Positions 46,480 through 57,529 of a DNA stretch of 64,000 nt are shown piece after piece. Position numbers and translations under genes: made by a program. The stretch lies in contig OZ244621.1 of the NCBI GenBank assembly GCA_965218425.1, positions 1,536,001 to 1,600,000 on the forward strand. The letters are read 5' to 3'. Every line of letters begins with the position of its first letter. Within the stretch, counting starts at the first letter, position 1. The notes under the pieces were generated by a model. The model saw nothing but the letters and a program-made list of their open reading frames with translations, did no database searches and was not told the DNA's origin. Source of the stretch: an uncultured Candidatus Binatia bacterium. Lineage in GTDB: Bacteria; Desulfobacterota; Binatia; UBA9968; CAXXLF01.

Positions 46480-48876
46480 CTAGACAACGGGGGCGCCTTC
46501 CGTTGGCTTTGCCGTCTTCGGCCTCACCAGCCACGCGCCGAGCGCCGGCAGGAGCACGATGGCCGCGACCATGTTGACGAGAAACATGAACATCAGCACC
46601 GTGCCCATATCGGCCTGGAACTTGAGCGGCGCGAAGATCCACGTCGCGACCCCCGCCGCCAGAGTGAGGCCGGTGAGCACCACGCCGGCGCCGGTGGTGG
46701 AGAGCGTCCGCTCGTACGCCGCGGCGAAGTCGAGCCCCTGCGCGAGATGGACGCGAAGCCGCCCGTAGATGTAGATCCCATAGTCCACCCCGATGCCCAC
46801 CCCGAGGGCGACCACCGGCAGGGTGGAGATCTTGAGTCCGATCTCCAGCAGAGCCATGAGCGCGTAGGCGAGCAGGGAGACCATGGCGAGCGGCGCGGTG
46901 ATGCAGACCGTTGCCGCCACCGAGCGGAAGGATAGCAGGCACAGGACGATGACCGCGGCGAACACGTAGCCGAGGATCGGGAACTGCGACGCCTCGACCT
47001 CCTCGTTGGTCGCCGCCATCACCCCGACGTTGCCGGCGGCGAGCCGGAAGGCGATGCGGTCGTCGGCGCCGGGGTACGCGGCGCGGAAGCCCTTCACGGC
47101 GTTGACGATGCGCTCGATGGTCTCGGCCTTGTGGTCGGCTGTGAAGATCAACACCGGCATCACGCTGCAATCGGTGTTGAGCAGGCCGGTGCTCGTGGCC
47201 ACGGGGGACACTGCCTGCACGAGCGTATACCGATTGCGCGGCAGGGTCCGCCACTTGAGACTTCCCTCGTTCCAGTTCGCGTTGACGTTACGGGCGACGC
47301 CGGCGAGCCCGATCACCGACTGGACGCCGTCCACGTTGCGCATGTGCCATTCGAAGTCGTCGAGAGTGCTCATCACCTTGTAGTCGACGCAGCCCTCCTT
47401 CACGGCTTCCGCGATCACCGTCAGCACGTCCACGCCGACCTCGAAGCGCTCGGTGATGACGGCGCTGTCGCGGTTGTATTTGGAATCGGCGCGCAACTCC
47501 GGCACGCCGCGGCGCTCGTCGCCCACCCGGACCTCCGTCGCATGGCGCGCCCCCACCGCGAGCAGCAACACTGCCGCGCCGATCACCACCGCGGCAGGAC
47601 CCCGCAGCGCCACCCGCGCGACCCGCGACCACACCGGGCGCAGGAAGTCGTCGCGCGCGCGCGCGGCGCTGCGCTCGTCGTCGTCCACCTCGAAGTACGA
47701 GAGCCACACCGGCAGCAGCGCCAGATTGGTGAGGATGATCGCGGCGACCCCGAGGCTCGCGGTGACGGCGATCTCCTGGATGACCTGCACCTCGATGAGC
47801 GAGATGGTGATGAAGCCGACGGAGTCGGAAGCGAGCGCCACCGAACCCGGCAGCAGCAGGCGGCGGAAGCTCGCCCGCGCGGCATCGAGGCCGCCGGCAC
47901 CGGCGACCGCCTCCGCGCGAACCGCGCTCACCATCTGAACCCCGTGGCTGACTCCGATGGCGAACACCAGGAACGGCACCAGGATGGACATCGGATCAAC
48001 GCCGAAGCCCAGCGCCGTGAGCCCGCCGAGCTGCCACACCACCGCCACCAGGGAGCAGGCCAACGGAGGCACGGTCATACGGATCGACCGGGTGTAGACA
48101 TACACGAACAGGGCGGTGATGAGGAAGGTGAGCCCGAAGAACGCCATCACCCGGGTCGCACCCGCCGCGATGTCCCCCACCAGCTTGGCGAACCCGATGA
48201 CGTGCATGTCTATGTGCACGTCCACGTCGGCGCGGGCCTGCGCCTCGCTGCGTATGCGTTCCAGCTCGCTCGCCACCTCGATGTAGTCGAGCCGCTCGCC
48301 GGTGTTGGGATGAAACTCCTGGAGCTTGCCGCTCACAATGGCGCCGGTGAAATCGTTAGCCACCAGACGGCCGACGATGCCCGCCTTGATGATGTTCTCA
48401 CGCACCCGCGCGAAGCCGGCCTCGGTAGGCTGGAAGTCCGCCGGCAACACGTCGCCGGCAGTGATGCCGTCCTCCACCACCTCGATGAAGCGCACGTTCG
48501 GGGTGAGGACGGAGTAAACCTGAGTCCGGTCGATGCCGGGCAGGAAGAACATCGCATCGGTCACCTGGCGCAACGCGGCGAAGAATTCGGGGGTGAACAT
48601 GTCGCCCTTGCGCGCCACCAGCGCGACCAACACGCGGTCCGCGCCGCCGAACTCGTCCCGGTACTTGAGGAAGGTCCGCATGTACTCGTGCTCGAGGGGA
48701 ACCAGCTTGGTGAAGCCGGCGTCGATCCGGAGCCCCGTCGCGCTCCACGCCATCGCCAGGGTGATGAGCGCGAACGCCGCGAGCACGAGGCCGCGGCGGG
48801 CGAACAGCAGCTTCTCCGAGAGGGCCGTGAACGAAGCCCGCGAGGGAGGGGGAGAAGGGGGTATGGCGGCAGGCAC
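46480..48876 (-). CDS. MMPL/RND family transporter
   Basis: PFLVFAIGVSHGVQ, ALGVGIGVDYGIY, LKFQADMG. Confidence 0.92.
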   Translation of the reverse strand: MPAAIPPSPPPSRASFTALSEKLLFARRGLVLAAFALITLAMAWSATGLRIDAGFTKLVPLEHEYMRTFLKYRDEFGGADRVLVALVARKGDMFTPEFFAALRQVTDAMFFLPGIDRTQVYSVLTPNVRFIEVVEDGITAGDVLPADFQPTEAGFARVRENIIKAGIVGRLVANDFTGAIVSGKLQEFHPNTGERLDYIEVASELERIRSEAQARADVDVHIDMHVIGFAKLVGDIAAGATRVMAFFGLTFLITALFVYVYTRSIRMTVPPLACSLVAVVWQLGGLTALGFGVDPMSILVPFLVFAIGVSHGVQMVSAVRAEAVAGAGGLDAARASFRRLLLPGSVALASDSVGFITISLIEVQVIQEIAVTASLGVAAIILTNLALLPVWLSYFEVDDDERSAARARDDFLRPVWSRVARVALRGPAAVVIGAAVLLLAVGARHATEVRVGDERRGVPELRADSKYNRDSAVITERFEVGVDVLTVIAEAVKEGCVDYKVMSTLDDFEWHMRNVDGVQSVIGLAGVARNVNANWNEGSLKWRTLPRNRYTLVQAVSPVATSTGLLNTDCSVMPVLIFTADHKAETIERIVNAVKGFRAAYPGADDRIAFRLAAGNVGVMAATNEEVEASQFPILGYVFAAVIVLCLLSFRSVAATVCITAPLAMVSLLAYALMALLEIGLKISTLPVVALGVGIGVDYGIYIYGRLRVHLAQGLDFAAAYERTLSTTGAGVVLTGLTLAAGVATWIFAPLKFQADMGTVLMFMFLVNMVAAIVLLPALGAWLVRPKTAKPTEGAPVV

Positions 48877-48883
48877 GGGCGGC

Positions 48884-49858
48884 CTACTCCGCCGGGGGCA
48901 CGGAAAGGCGCCGCACCCCGAACTCGCCGATCAGCAGCGCGCCGCCACCGGCGAGCGCTACCGCTGCCGAGATCCCTCGGCGCGACGGGAGCTGCACGGA
49001 CGACACGCTGCGCCCATCGTCCCGGCTGGTGAGCAGAGTCCCTTCGAGGCCGGTAATCAGGACCACGTCGCCCTTCAACCTAACGGCATCGGTCAGGGTC
49101 GCGGTGGTCGCGGTGGCCACCCGTGTCCAGCTATCGCCCGCGTCCTCGGAGCGGAATAGATGACCCCGGAGCCCGAGCAGCAGCACCCGATCCACGTCGA
49201 GCGCGAGGGCGCCGAACCACGAGCCGCGGTAAGGAGAGGACAGCGCGCGCCAGGTCTCGCCGCCGTCGTCGGAACGGTACGCGACCCCCGCCTCCGCCGC
49301 GATGAACAGCCGCCGGGCCCCGGCAGGCACGAGCTTGTTCAGGTGAAAATCGTCTTTGCTGATGGCGCGCGAGGTCCAGGTGCCGCCGCCGTCCCGTGTG
49401 ACCAGGAAATAGCCGTAGGCCCCAACCGCGAAGCCGTTGCGCTCGTCGCGGAACCAGACGTCGAGCAGGGGGCGCTCCTCTTCGGGGGCGCGGTGCATCA
49501 GCCGCCAAGTGTCGCCGCCGTCGTCGGTGCGCAGGATCACCGCGTCGTGGCCCACCGCCCAGCCAGTGCTTGGATCGTGCATGTGCACCGCGGTGAGCAG
49601 GGCCCTGGCGGGCACCCGCGCCTGCTTCCAGCTCGCGCCGCTGTCGGTGGAGATCAGGATATGGCCGCGCTCACCGACCACCACCAGCCGCGAACCGGCC
49701 AGCGCCCCGTCGAGCAGCAAGGACTTGATGGCGAGTGGGGCCTCGACGGCCCGTTCAGCGCTTGCGCCGTCCGGTATGAGGAGAATCGACCAGGCGATAA
49801 AAGCGAAAGTTAGTGGCCTGTGCCACGTATAGGCGCGCCAGAATGCGCAGGGCTTCAT
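48884..49858 (-). CDS. YCF48/BNR-repeat beta-propeller protein
   Basis: VGERGHIL.S.D.G.SW, GWAVGHD, repeated SxDGGxTW; ATGA overlap with the upstream gene. Confidence 0.9.
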   Translation of the reverse strand: MKPCAFWRAYTWHRPLTFAFIAWSILLIPDGASAERAVEAPLAIKSLLLDGALAGSRLVVVGERGHILISTDSGASWKQARVPARALLTAVHMHDPSTGWAVGHDAVILRTDDGGDTWRLMHRAPEEERPLLDVWFRDERNGFAVGAYGYFLVTRDGGGTWTSRAISKDDFHLNKLVPAGARRLFIAAEAGVAYRSDDGGETWRALSSPYRGSWFGALALDVDRVLLLGLRGHLFRSEDAGDSWTRVATATTATLTDAVRLKGDVVLITGLEGTLLTSRDDGRSVSSVQLPSRRGISAAVALAGGGALLIGEFGVRRLSVPPAE

Positions 49859-51222
49859 CGCCTGCCCGCGCGGCGCAGGGCCGCCGGCGTGAAGTCCCTG
49901 GAGGTGAACTTGACATCGTAGGAGCACATCGGGAACTCGTTGTCGAGTCCGAGGGCGAGATAGCGTCCCGCCTGCAAGTCGGTATGCACCTCGAGCGTCG
50001 GCCATAGCAGCGGCTTCTCGTAGTAGTTGATGACGTGACCTTCCGACACCCGCCAGAGCTGGTCGCGGTTGTCGTAGATGTCGACGAGAAGGATCTGCCA
50101 GGAGTCCTCGTCCACGTACAGGGTGCGCCGCTTGTAGATGTGGCGCGCGCCCTCCTTGAGCGTCGCCTCCACCACCCACAGCCGATGCAGCTCGTAGCGC
50201 AGATGCTTCGGGTTGACGTGCAACGGCGTAAGGATGTCGTCGAAGGCAAGCTCGCTGCTGTGCAGCTTGTAGGAGTTGTAGGGCACGACCATCTCGCGCT
50301 TGCCGACGAGCTTCCAGTCGTAGCGGTCGACGGCGCCGTTGAACATGTCGAACTGATCGGCGGTGCGCAGCCCGTCCGATGTGGTACCCGGGTTGTCATA
50401 GGCGACGTTCGGGGCGCGCCGCACCCGGCGCTGGCCGGGGTTGTAGGTCCATGCGTTGCGGGGCTGCCGGACCTGGTTCATGGTCTCGTGAACCAGCAGG
50501 AGATCGCCCGCGAGCCGCGCCGGCGCCAGCACCTTCTGCTTGAACAGCACCATCGTGTTGCCGAGCCGCTCCTCGGTCATGCCCGGGAGCGAGTAACGGA
50601 CCTCGATCTCGAGCCCGTACTTGACCATCGTGTAGGCGCCGCCGCGGGTGACCGCAGCCTGGCCCATGTTGCATTTCACCGATTCGCCCCGGTAGCGCAG
50701 CAGGTGGTTCCAGACCACCTCCAGAGCGTTCTTCGGGATCGGGAACGGGATGCCGACCACCGCGCCGCCTACGCCGTTACCGTTGTCAACCAGCTTCGCG
50801 GTGGCGGCCACTCTCCGGGTAGCGTCGTAGATCCGCTGCGGAGCAGAGGCGCTGCGCCGGGTCGCGTAGACCGAGATCTCGAACGTCGGGTAGGTCTCCA
50901 GCATGCGCTGGTGGCCGATGGAGAGCTTGTCGCGGTGCTTATCGAGGTTGGCGGCGTTGATGACGTAAAGCGGCCGATCACCCGCGTACGGATCGCGATG
51001 GTGCTCGCCTAGCCGGTAGCCCGCGGGCGGCTCGGTGATGCCGCCGGTCCACTCGGGGATAGTGCCTTCGGCGTTGCCGGCCCGTTCCCCTCCAAGGGGG
51101 GTGAGGTCGCGGCCGAGCCGCGCGATGTCGCCCGCGGAGGTCTCCGCGGCGGCAGGCCGGGTTAGAGCGCTCGCAAGAACGAGCGCCGTGGCGAGTCGAA
51201 TAGTGAGTGTTTTCATGTTCAT
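49855..51222 (-). CDS. DUF1329 periplasmic protein
   Basis: LTPLGGERAGNAEGTIPEWTGG, PGQRRVRRAP, RYELHRLWVVEATLK. Confidence 0.92.
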   Translation of the reverse strand: MNMKTLTIRLATALVLASALTRPAAAETSAGDIARLGRDLTPLGGERAGNAEGTIPEWTGGITEPPAGYRLGEHHRDPYAGDRPLYVINAANLDKHRDKLSIGHQRMLETYPTFEISVYATRRSASAPQRIYDATRRVAATAKLVDNGNGVGGAVVGIPFPIPKNALEVVWNHLLRYRGESVKCNMGQAAVTRGGAYTMVKYGLEIEVRYSLPGMTEERLGNTMVLFKQKVLAPARLAGDLLLVHETMNQVRQPRNAWTYNPGQRRVRRAPNVAYDNPGTTSDGLRTADQFDMFNGAVDRYDWKLVGKREMVVPYNSYKLHSSELAFDDILTPLHVNPKHLRYELHRLWVVEATLKEGARHIYKRRTLYVDEDSWQILLVDIYDNRDQLWRVSEGHVINYYEKPLLWPTLEVHTDLQAGRYLALGLDNEFPMCSYDVKFTSRDFTPAALRRAGRR

Positions 51223-51227
51223 GGCTC

Positions 51228-53261
51228 TCAGAAGGAGTATTTGACCGTGGCGGTGATGAAGTCGCGGTCTCTCAATTTGTTTCTGCGGCCGGCGAACTGG
51301 GTGTAGCCGAGGTTGGCCTCCCAGCGGCTGAGATAGCCAGCGCGCAAGCCGAGAGTCAGCGCGGTCCGGCCCTCCACGAACGAACCGCTCGGTGAGGGGC
51401 TGTTGCCGCTGACGCCGTGTCCGAGCTGAAGATACGGGAACAGGTTCACCGCGCCGACCGCGTTGTTGTAGTCGAGCCGAGCCGCCAGCCGGTAGCCCCA
51501 GGAGGTGGCATCGGCGTCGTTGAAGTCGTCCCCTACGCCACCGGCGGGGCTTTCCAGGGGCAGGTCGCTCGGAGTCAGGGACGCGGAGGCTACGCCCTTG
51601 CCGTCCGGCATGCTGTGCACGTGCATCAGCGCCACTTCGGTCACGAACGCCCCGCTGTCCGATCCCAGGACGGGGCCGAACACCTTGGTGGCGGTGGCCT
51701 GGACCTGGCTCACGTCGCGCAGGACGTAGCCGACGGTGTCCGCGTCGTATAGACCGTCCGCGATGTTCCCGCCGATGCAGGCGGGGCCGTCCGCGGGGTT
51801 CGCGGCGCTGCGGCGGAGACAGCCGGTGAACGGCCCGAGGGCGTCAGCGAACACTTTGCGTTCCGCGAGCTGTAGCGGCGCATCGCGGCGATAGGAATAC
51901 TCGCCCTGCAGCGCCCAGCCCGTCGTTCCGATCACAGTGTTGAAGCTGACGCCGTAGAGCTGGATGTTCTCGGGATACTCGATGAAGTAGTGCCCGTTCT
52001 CGGCGTATCTGTCGATGCCGGCGGCTTGAGCGGCGGCTCCGGCGGCGGCTTTAGCCCGGGTTGCAGCCACGGTCTGAACGCTGCTTGCGATGGCGCCGCA
52101 CTGCGGGCTGTGAGCCGGGGAGGGACACTGCGCCGCAGTCAAGGCGGCGGTCACGGCGGCCTGCACGATCTCCGGGACGGCCGTGCCGGCAGCGGCGAAC
52201 ATATCCCCGGCGGCCCTCAAGCCGGCCACGGCGTCAGCCGCCGTCCCGGTATGCGCGCTGACGACCGGCAGGCGGCTGTGGTAGTTCATGTAGTAGAAGC
52301 CGAACTCGGTGTTGTTCAATCCCTCGGCGAGATAACGGAACGCGATGCCCCATTGGCCCGAGTCGCGGGGGTCGTGATCCGCTTCACGGCCTGCTATCAG
52401 GAAGTCGGGATCCTCCTCGGTGACGGCGCTGAAAGCGCCGGCGACAGAGGTCCGGGAGAAGATGGTGAAGGGATTGTTTTCCGTGGTCAGGCCCATGTCG
52501 CCGAGGTCCAGGCCGGGGAGGGCGATCACCGCTTGTTCCGCGCCCGGACCAACGTAGTCGACGGTCGAGAAGTAGCTGCCGACCGGGTCGATCTCGGTCT
52601 TCTCCCAGTCGAGCTGGTAGAAGCCCTCCACCGACAGGTTGGGGGTCGGCGCCACTGACGCCGAAACCATCGGGATCGCCAGCAACGCCTCTCGCAACTC
52701 TGCGCCCGGAACCCTGAGCTTGCTCACGTCGAACGGGTTGATGGCGTTGACGCCGTTCTGGATGAACGTGCTCTCTCCCCAGTTGAGCACGTGCTTACCG
52801 AGCCGCACATCGACCGCGGCGTCACCGACATCGAACGCTCCGGTAAGGTAGGCGTCGAGCACATCGATGTCTTTCCCCACCCCGGCCTTCGCCTGCGGGG
52901 ACAGGGGGGTGCGCTCCCGCGAGCCGTTTTCGTTTTCGAAGTCGAAGAATCCGCTGGCGCGAACGAACAACCCGAAGTTGCGGTAGTCGAGATCGAGGTC
53001 GCTGGTGAGCTTGAAGGCATTGCTGACGATGCCGCGCTTGTAGTTGAGATCGCCGTCGTTGTCGTTGACGTCGGCGGCCAATATTTTGTCGCGCTTGTCG
53101 ACACGGAAAGTCAGGCCGTACGAGATCGTGGTGTCGAGGCTCGCCTCGAGCTCACCGGAACCGAACTCCACCGCCTGCGCCTGCGTTCCGCACAGGAACC
53201 AGCCGAGCGCAAGTACGCAGGCCGACATGAAGACGAACTCACGGACGGATTCGAGCTTCAT
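51228..53261 (-). CDS. DUF1302 outer membrane protein
   Basis: DTTISYG, NDGDLNY, WGESTFIQNG, YYMNYHSRLP, DRDF...KYSF. Confidence 0.92.
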   Translation of the reverse strand: MKLESVREFVFMSACVLALGWFLCGTQAQAVEFGSGELEASLDTTISYGLTFRVDKRDKILAADVNDNDGDLNYKRGIVSNAFKLTSDLDLDYRNFGLFVRASGFFDFENENGSRERTPLSPQAKAGVGKDIDVLDAYLTGAFDVGDAAVDVRLGKHVLNWGESTFIQNGVNAINPFDVSKLRVPGAELREALLAIPMVSASVAPTPNLSVEGFYQLDWEKTEIDPVGSYFSTVDYVGPGAEQAVIALPGLDLGDMGLTTENNPFTIFSRTSVAGAFSAVTEEDPDFLIAGREADHDPRDSGQWGIAFRYLAEGLNNTEFGFYYMNYHSRLPVVSAHTGTAADAVAGLRAAGDMFAAAGTAVPEIVQAAVTAALTAAQCPSPAHSPQCGAIASSVQTVAATRAKAAAGAAAQAAGIDRYAENGHYFIEYPENIQLYGVSFNTVIGTTGWALQGEYSYRRDAPLQLAERKVFADALGPFTGCLRRSAANPADGPACIGGNIADGLYDADTVGYVLRDVSQVQATATKVFGPVLGSDSGAFVTEVALMHVHSMPDGKGVASASLTPSDLPLESPAGGVGDDFNDADATSWGYRLAARLDYNNAVGAVNLFPYLQLGHGVSGNSPSPSGSFVEGRTALTLGLRAGYLSRWEANLGYTQFAGRRNKLRDRDFITATVKYSF

Positions 53262-53671
53262 GCGCCGACATTAACGCCCGACAGCTGAGGTTGTCAAGAT
53301 GTTTCTGGCCTTATGCGGATGTCTGTCAGCGTAAAGCGGCAATATCCCCTTTTGAGAATAAGGGGAGGGGAAATGATAGAGAGAGACCGCTGCATAACTG
53401 CCGTGAACATGTTAAGACAAGTCATGCAAAAGTCATTCACGACGCAACCCGAGATGTTTGTATCGAGCAGGGAAGTGGATCGGAGGTCTCATATTGTAGT
53501 TGTAGCCGGTCAAACTGCAGTTTTTGGGCGAAGGGGGCCTGCACCGAAGTGAGCGATGAGTTGCGAGGGCTGCGGACTGAGCAGGTTAGAGAAGAAATTG
53601 AGAACAGAAGATTGCGGGGAGCAGAGCGCAAAGCAACCGTGGAGTGCAGGTTTAACATCCATCTCTCACCG

Positions 53672-54427
53672 TCACAGAACTTGGATGAGAGGAACCTTCA
53701 CGTAGTCGGTACGGCAAGGCGCCCCAGCCGCATGGTAATAGTGGAATTGCCCCTCATCTTTTCCGTATAGGATTATGGTTGAGGAAACCGTGCCGTAACC
53801 TTCAGCGTGGACGCATATGGCGTCTCTCGAGCCTCTGTCACCATGAACCCTATGATTGCTCAAGATCCCCTTAAACGAACCTACAAAAGAAGATCGATCA
53901 CCCTGATTCATATGGTCTACGGCCTTTGAAAACAGACCATGGGCGCCACTCGCTTTACCCGTAGGGGGATCATAAACGGCGACGTTACCTAGGACATGGA
54001 GGCCTTTATCCAGGGTCACGCAGTCGATATCTCTCTCAGTGTTAAAAGCCACAACCGCCTTGGTGGTGTCGGCAAAGAGCAAATTGAACGGCCGATATGC
54101 GGCGGCCTTTTCCCGCCGCAAGATCGCAATCGCTTTATCCGGCGCACTGGCCTTCAGAACCTCCAGACAAAGCGTGCCTCTAGATTTGATCCCTGCCCCT
54201 TCTCGGTTCACCTCAGATCTGCGATTCAAAATTCCAACCAACAAACCGTGTCTATTGACCCCCAGCCAGGTCCCCCCGGCTAAAAGGTCTTTCCCTCCAA
54301 AAATCCTGGGCTCGTCCATCAACACTTGAGGCGGGCCGGAGGGACGACCGAACTGTTCATCCCTGTTGGCGGCAACCACGAGCGGATATTCCGAGAACTG
54401 CTGGAAGTATAGGGCCAGGGTACACAT
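53672..54427 (-). CDS. NRDE/TANGO2 family protein
   Basis: MCTL, AANRDE, GGTWLGVN, SRG, YGTVSST. Confidence 0.92.
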   Translation of the reverse strand: MCTLALYFQQFSEYPLVVAANRDEQFGRPSGPPQVLMDEPRIFGGKDLLAGGTWLGVNRHGLLVGILNRRSEVNREGAGIKSRGTLCLEVLKASAPDKAIAILRREKAAAYRPFNLLFADTTKAVVAFNTERDIDCVTLDKGLHVLGNVAVYDPPTGKASGAHGLFSKAVDHMNQGDRSSFVGSFKGILSNHRVHGDRGSRDAICVHAEGYGTVSSTIILYGKDEGQFHYYHAAGAPCRTDYVKVPLIQVL

Positions 54428-54586
54428 GAAAGGGTCAGGGCAATGATAGCCTGAAAAAGGTCGGAGCCAAACCGTCGATCCCGGATTCGGTTGTCACATC
54501 CTGGTCCAGAAGCTTCCCAAGCCTTGCAAATTTATTCGATTTATGGTTTAATTTCAATAGCTTACGCCTTTAAAGAAACGCCTGTA

Positions 54587-54800
54587 ATGGACCAAAAGCC
54601 CCCGCTCCAGCGGCTACGCCATGATCGAGCTGCCGGTCAATCTCGCGATCATGGGGATCTTAACGGCTATATCCGTGTCCACCTCCATGAGCCACAAGAA
54701 GCAGGCGCACGTCACCAGCGCCAAGGCCGATTTTAAAAATGTTCACCTGGCCGTAGAGGCACTTGCAGCCGACACGGAGAAACGGCCCGGACCCAATGGG
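54587..54800 (+). pseudogene. Degenerate type IV pilin/pseudopilin
   Basis: GYAMIELPVNLAIMGILTAISV (decayed GFTLIEL motif)...AKADFKNVHLAVE; leader out of frame. Confidence 0.6.
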
Positions 54801-54869
54801 CAAGGTCAAAACGATTATGATCCCGATGACGTCTACCGGATCCTTCCCTTTCCAGTTCAAGCCGCCGTT

Positions 54870-57419
54870 TTACGCATCGGCCCGAAGCACCTCTAGGGGC
54901 GGACGGTCACAGATTCCACGGCTATTGAGCAAGCCCACCAGGACGGTCAGACCCGTGACAATGAACAGCGCAATGAAAATGGGCTCCCGGCCGGGTTGAT
55001 AAAAGACGTCAAAAACAAAATAGGCCAGCGCCCAACTGGCAGCCAACGCCAGAAGGATCCCGCTCAATGCCGCCATTCCTCCCAAACATAAGTACTCGAC
55101 GAGCATAATTTTTCTAACCTGTGCATGAGAGGCGCCCAGGGTGCGCAATAGAACGCTCTCCCTGAGCCGTTGGTATCGACTGGTCATAACCGCCCCGGCC
55201 AAAACCATGAGACCCGTCAGGATACTGAAAAGCGCAATGAAGCGGATGGCAAAAGATACTTTTCCAAGAACCGAGTCTACCGTATCTAAAATCAGGGTCA
55301 GGTCGATAGTGGACACATTGGGAAATTTTTGCACCACGGCCCGCTGCAACTGAGCGGAGACGGCGTTGGAAGGAACTCTAATGACTTGAACGTAGTACTG
55401 TGGCGTCCCCTCCAGGACTCCCTTCGGAAACACCATGAAGAAATTCGGCCGGAAGCGCTGCCAGTCCACCTCACGGATGCTTCCCACGGTGGCGGCGAGC
55501 GGCACTCCATGGATATCAAATACCAGCTCATCGCCAAGGGTAACCTGGAGATCCTCTGCAATTCCCTTTTCCACGGAAATGGAAATCGTGCCGGATACCT
55601 GCTTGCGACCTCCGTGCCAAGATCCAGCCACGAGGGTCTCGGTATCGACCAAGTCATTTCGGTAGGTGGATCGGTACTGTCGACCTATGGCCCAGTTGGG
55701 GCTGCCCGAGTTTGGATCCTCGCGTATATCGTCCACATGTTTTCCCTTAATGGAGAGAAGGCGCATGGTGACAACCGGCGTTTCTTGAATGACGTTGAGT
55801 TGGAAGGTCTTCAATAAATCTACCAACCCCTTCCTTTGGTCCGCTTGAATCTCAAATAGGACCATGTTGGGTCGATCATCGCCGCCGGCCAGTGAAACCT
55901 TCTCCAACAGCATGCCCTGGGATTGATGGAGGGTCATGATCAGAAATGTCCCCAGTCCCAGAGACAACAGAAGAACCCGGGTTTGATTGTTCGGACGGTA
56001 GAGATTGGCTAACCCTTGGCGCCAGACATAGTTCCACGAGCCGGGAGTATACCTCTTCACCAGGGTGATCATCAGATTGGCAACCCCCACCAGGAGACCA
56101 AAGGCGAGACCCAGTCCCGCAGCAAATCCCAATCCATGAAGCCAATTTTCGGTTTGCAACAAAGCAAACAGGATGATCCCCAGGGCGATTAACCCGATTA
56201 ACACGCTACGCAAGGGGTCCTTTGAGACTGCGTGAGTTTCCGGCAACGAGGCTCGAAGGGTGAGCAGCGGCGACGTATGCCGTAAGGAAACCAAAGGGAG
56301 TAGCGCAAAGAGCAGTGCTACGCCGAGTCCAATCACGAGGCCGAGAATAAGCGCCGGCCAATAAATGGATTGTTCGATCCTGACGGGTAAAAAATCGCCG
56401 AGAACGGCGGGCAATAGACGCTGGATCAAGACGCCCGCCCCCACACCAAAGATTGCACCCGGAATGCCCATGAGCAGGGCTTGGATTGCATACAGGTTCA
56501 GAGATTGGCTCGCCTTGGCGCCTAAACACCGGAGGATTGCCACAGTAGGGACTTTCTGTTTCACGTAAATATGAATACCGCTGGCTACACCCACCCCCCC
56601 GAGCACCAAGGCAATAAACCCAACCAGGTTGAGAAAGCGCGTGAGGTTGCCCATGATCCCACCGAGGCGTTCTTTCCGTTCTTCCACCGTGTCCATCCGG
56701 AGCCCGTGATTTCGAAGATGAGGTTCAAGGGTCTCGATCAATCGCTCCATATCCCGCTCGGGCTCAAACTTGAAGAAGACTCGATATCGAACGATGCTCC
56801 CCTTCTTGATGAGTTTGGTTTCAGCCAATGTGCCCATGGGGATATAGACCCGAGGATGAATCATACCAATGGCAAGGGCCTCACCCGGTATTTTTTTGAG
56901 CCTTCCAACGACTTCATAGATCCGGGCACCGATCTTGATGGGATCCCCCACATGGGCGTCAAATTGAAGCAAAAGACTGTCGTCCACCAATGCAACGGGA
57001 CGCTTTTTTAATAGGTTTGCAGCGCCCGGGGGCTCGGTTGCCAATTTACCGTAGTATGGAAAATCTCCTTCCAGCGCCCTGATCCGCGCCAACCTTGTAG
57101 ATCGACTCTTGGGAAAATATACCATGGAGGAAAAGCTGACTTGCCGGGACTGTTCCCCTCCCAGGGATTTCATCAGCTGCACCGTGTCCTGGGCAAAGGG
57201 CCGCCGGCTCTTGATGACCAAGTCCGCACCCAGCAATGCCTTGGACTGGCGATCAATGGTCCGTTCGAGATTGTTCTGAAAGGAGGTGATGGCTACCAAT
57301 ACGGCCACCCCCAGGGTCGCTGACCCCATGGCCAAAAGTAGTCTTCGCCGGCTCCTACGGCTGTCCCGCCAGGCCATTTTCCATACCCAAGGGTCAAAGA
57401 AAAAGAGCTTCGATCTCAT
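54870..57419 (-). CDS. ybbP: ABC transporter permease, YbbP-like
   Basis: MAWRDSRR, LLGADL, two FtsX-like domains, REVDW...PNFF, LLRTLGA. Confidence 0.88.
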   Translation of the reverse strand: MRSKLFFFDPWVWKMAWRDSRRSRRRLLLAMGSATLGVAVLVAITSFQNNLERTIDRQSKALLGADLVIKSRRPFAQDTVQLMKSLGGEQSRQVSFSSMVYFPKSRSTRLARIRALEGDFPYYGKLATEPPGAANLLKKRPVALVDDSLLLQFDAHVGDPIKIGARIYEVVGRLKKIPGEALAIGMIHPRVYIPMGTLAETKLIKKGSIVRYRVFFKFEPERDMERLIETLEPHLRNHGLRMDTVEERKERLGGIMGNLTRFLNLVGFIALVLGGVGVASGIHIYVKQKVPTVAILRCLGAKASQSLNLYAIQALLMGIPGAIFGVGAGVLIQRLLPAVLGDFLPVRIEQSIYWPALILGLVIGLGVALLFALLPLVSLRHTSPLLTLRASLPETHAVSKDPLRSVLIGLIALGIILFALLQTENWLHGLGFAAGLGLAFGLLVGVANLMITLVKRYTPGSWNYVWRQGLANLYRPNNQTRVLLLSLGLGTFLIMTLHQSQGMLLEKVSLAGGDDRPNMVLFEIQADQRKGLVDLLKTFQLNVIQETPVVTMRLLSIKGKHVDDIREDPNSGSPNWAIGRQYRSTYRNDLVDTETLVAGSWHGGRKQVSGTISISVEKGIAEDLQVTLGDELVFDIHGVPLAATVGSIREVDWQRFRPNFFMVFPKGVLEGTPQYYVQVIRVPSNAVSAQLQRAVVQKFPNVSTIDLTLILDTVDSVLGKVSFAIRFIALFSILTGLMVLAGAVMTSRYQRLRESVLLRTLGASHAQVRKIMLVEYLCLGGMAALSGILLALAASWALAYFVFDVFYQPGREPIFIALFIVTGLTVLVGLLNSRGICDRPPLEVLRADA

Positions 57420-57529
57420 GATGACAGTGGACTAACCCTACCTATTTGAAGATTCGCTATTTCCTAATCGGGGGAAAAATGGCTCGCGTCCCTAGAAAGC
57501 CTCAGGACCCCGGAGGGGAATCGAGGGGC

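Noticed and set aside
47131..49032. 633 aa plus-strand ORF
   Set aside because: Antisense to the MMPL/YCF48 genes; Arg/Pro-rich, non-coding composition
53291..53670. ORFs or ncRNA upstream of DUF1302
   Set aside because: No recognisable protein or RNA motif; likely promoter and junction DNA
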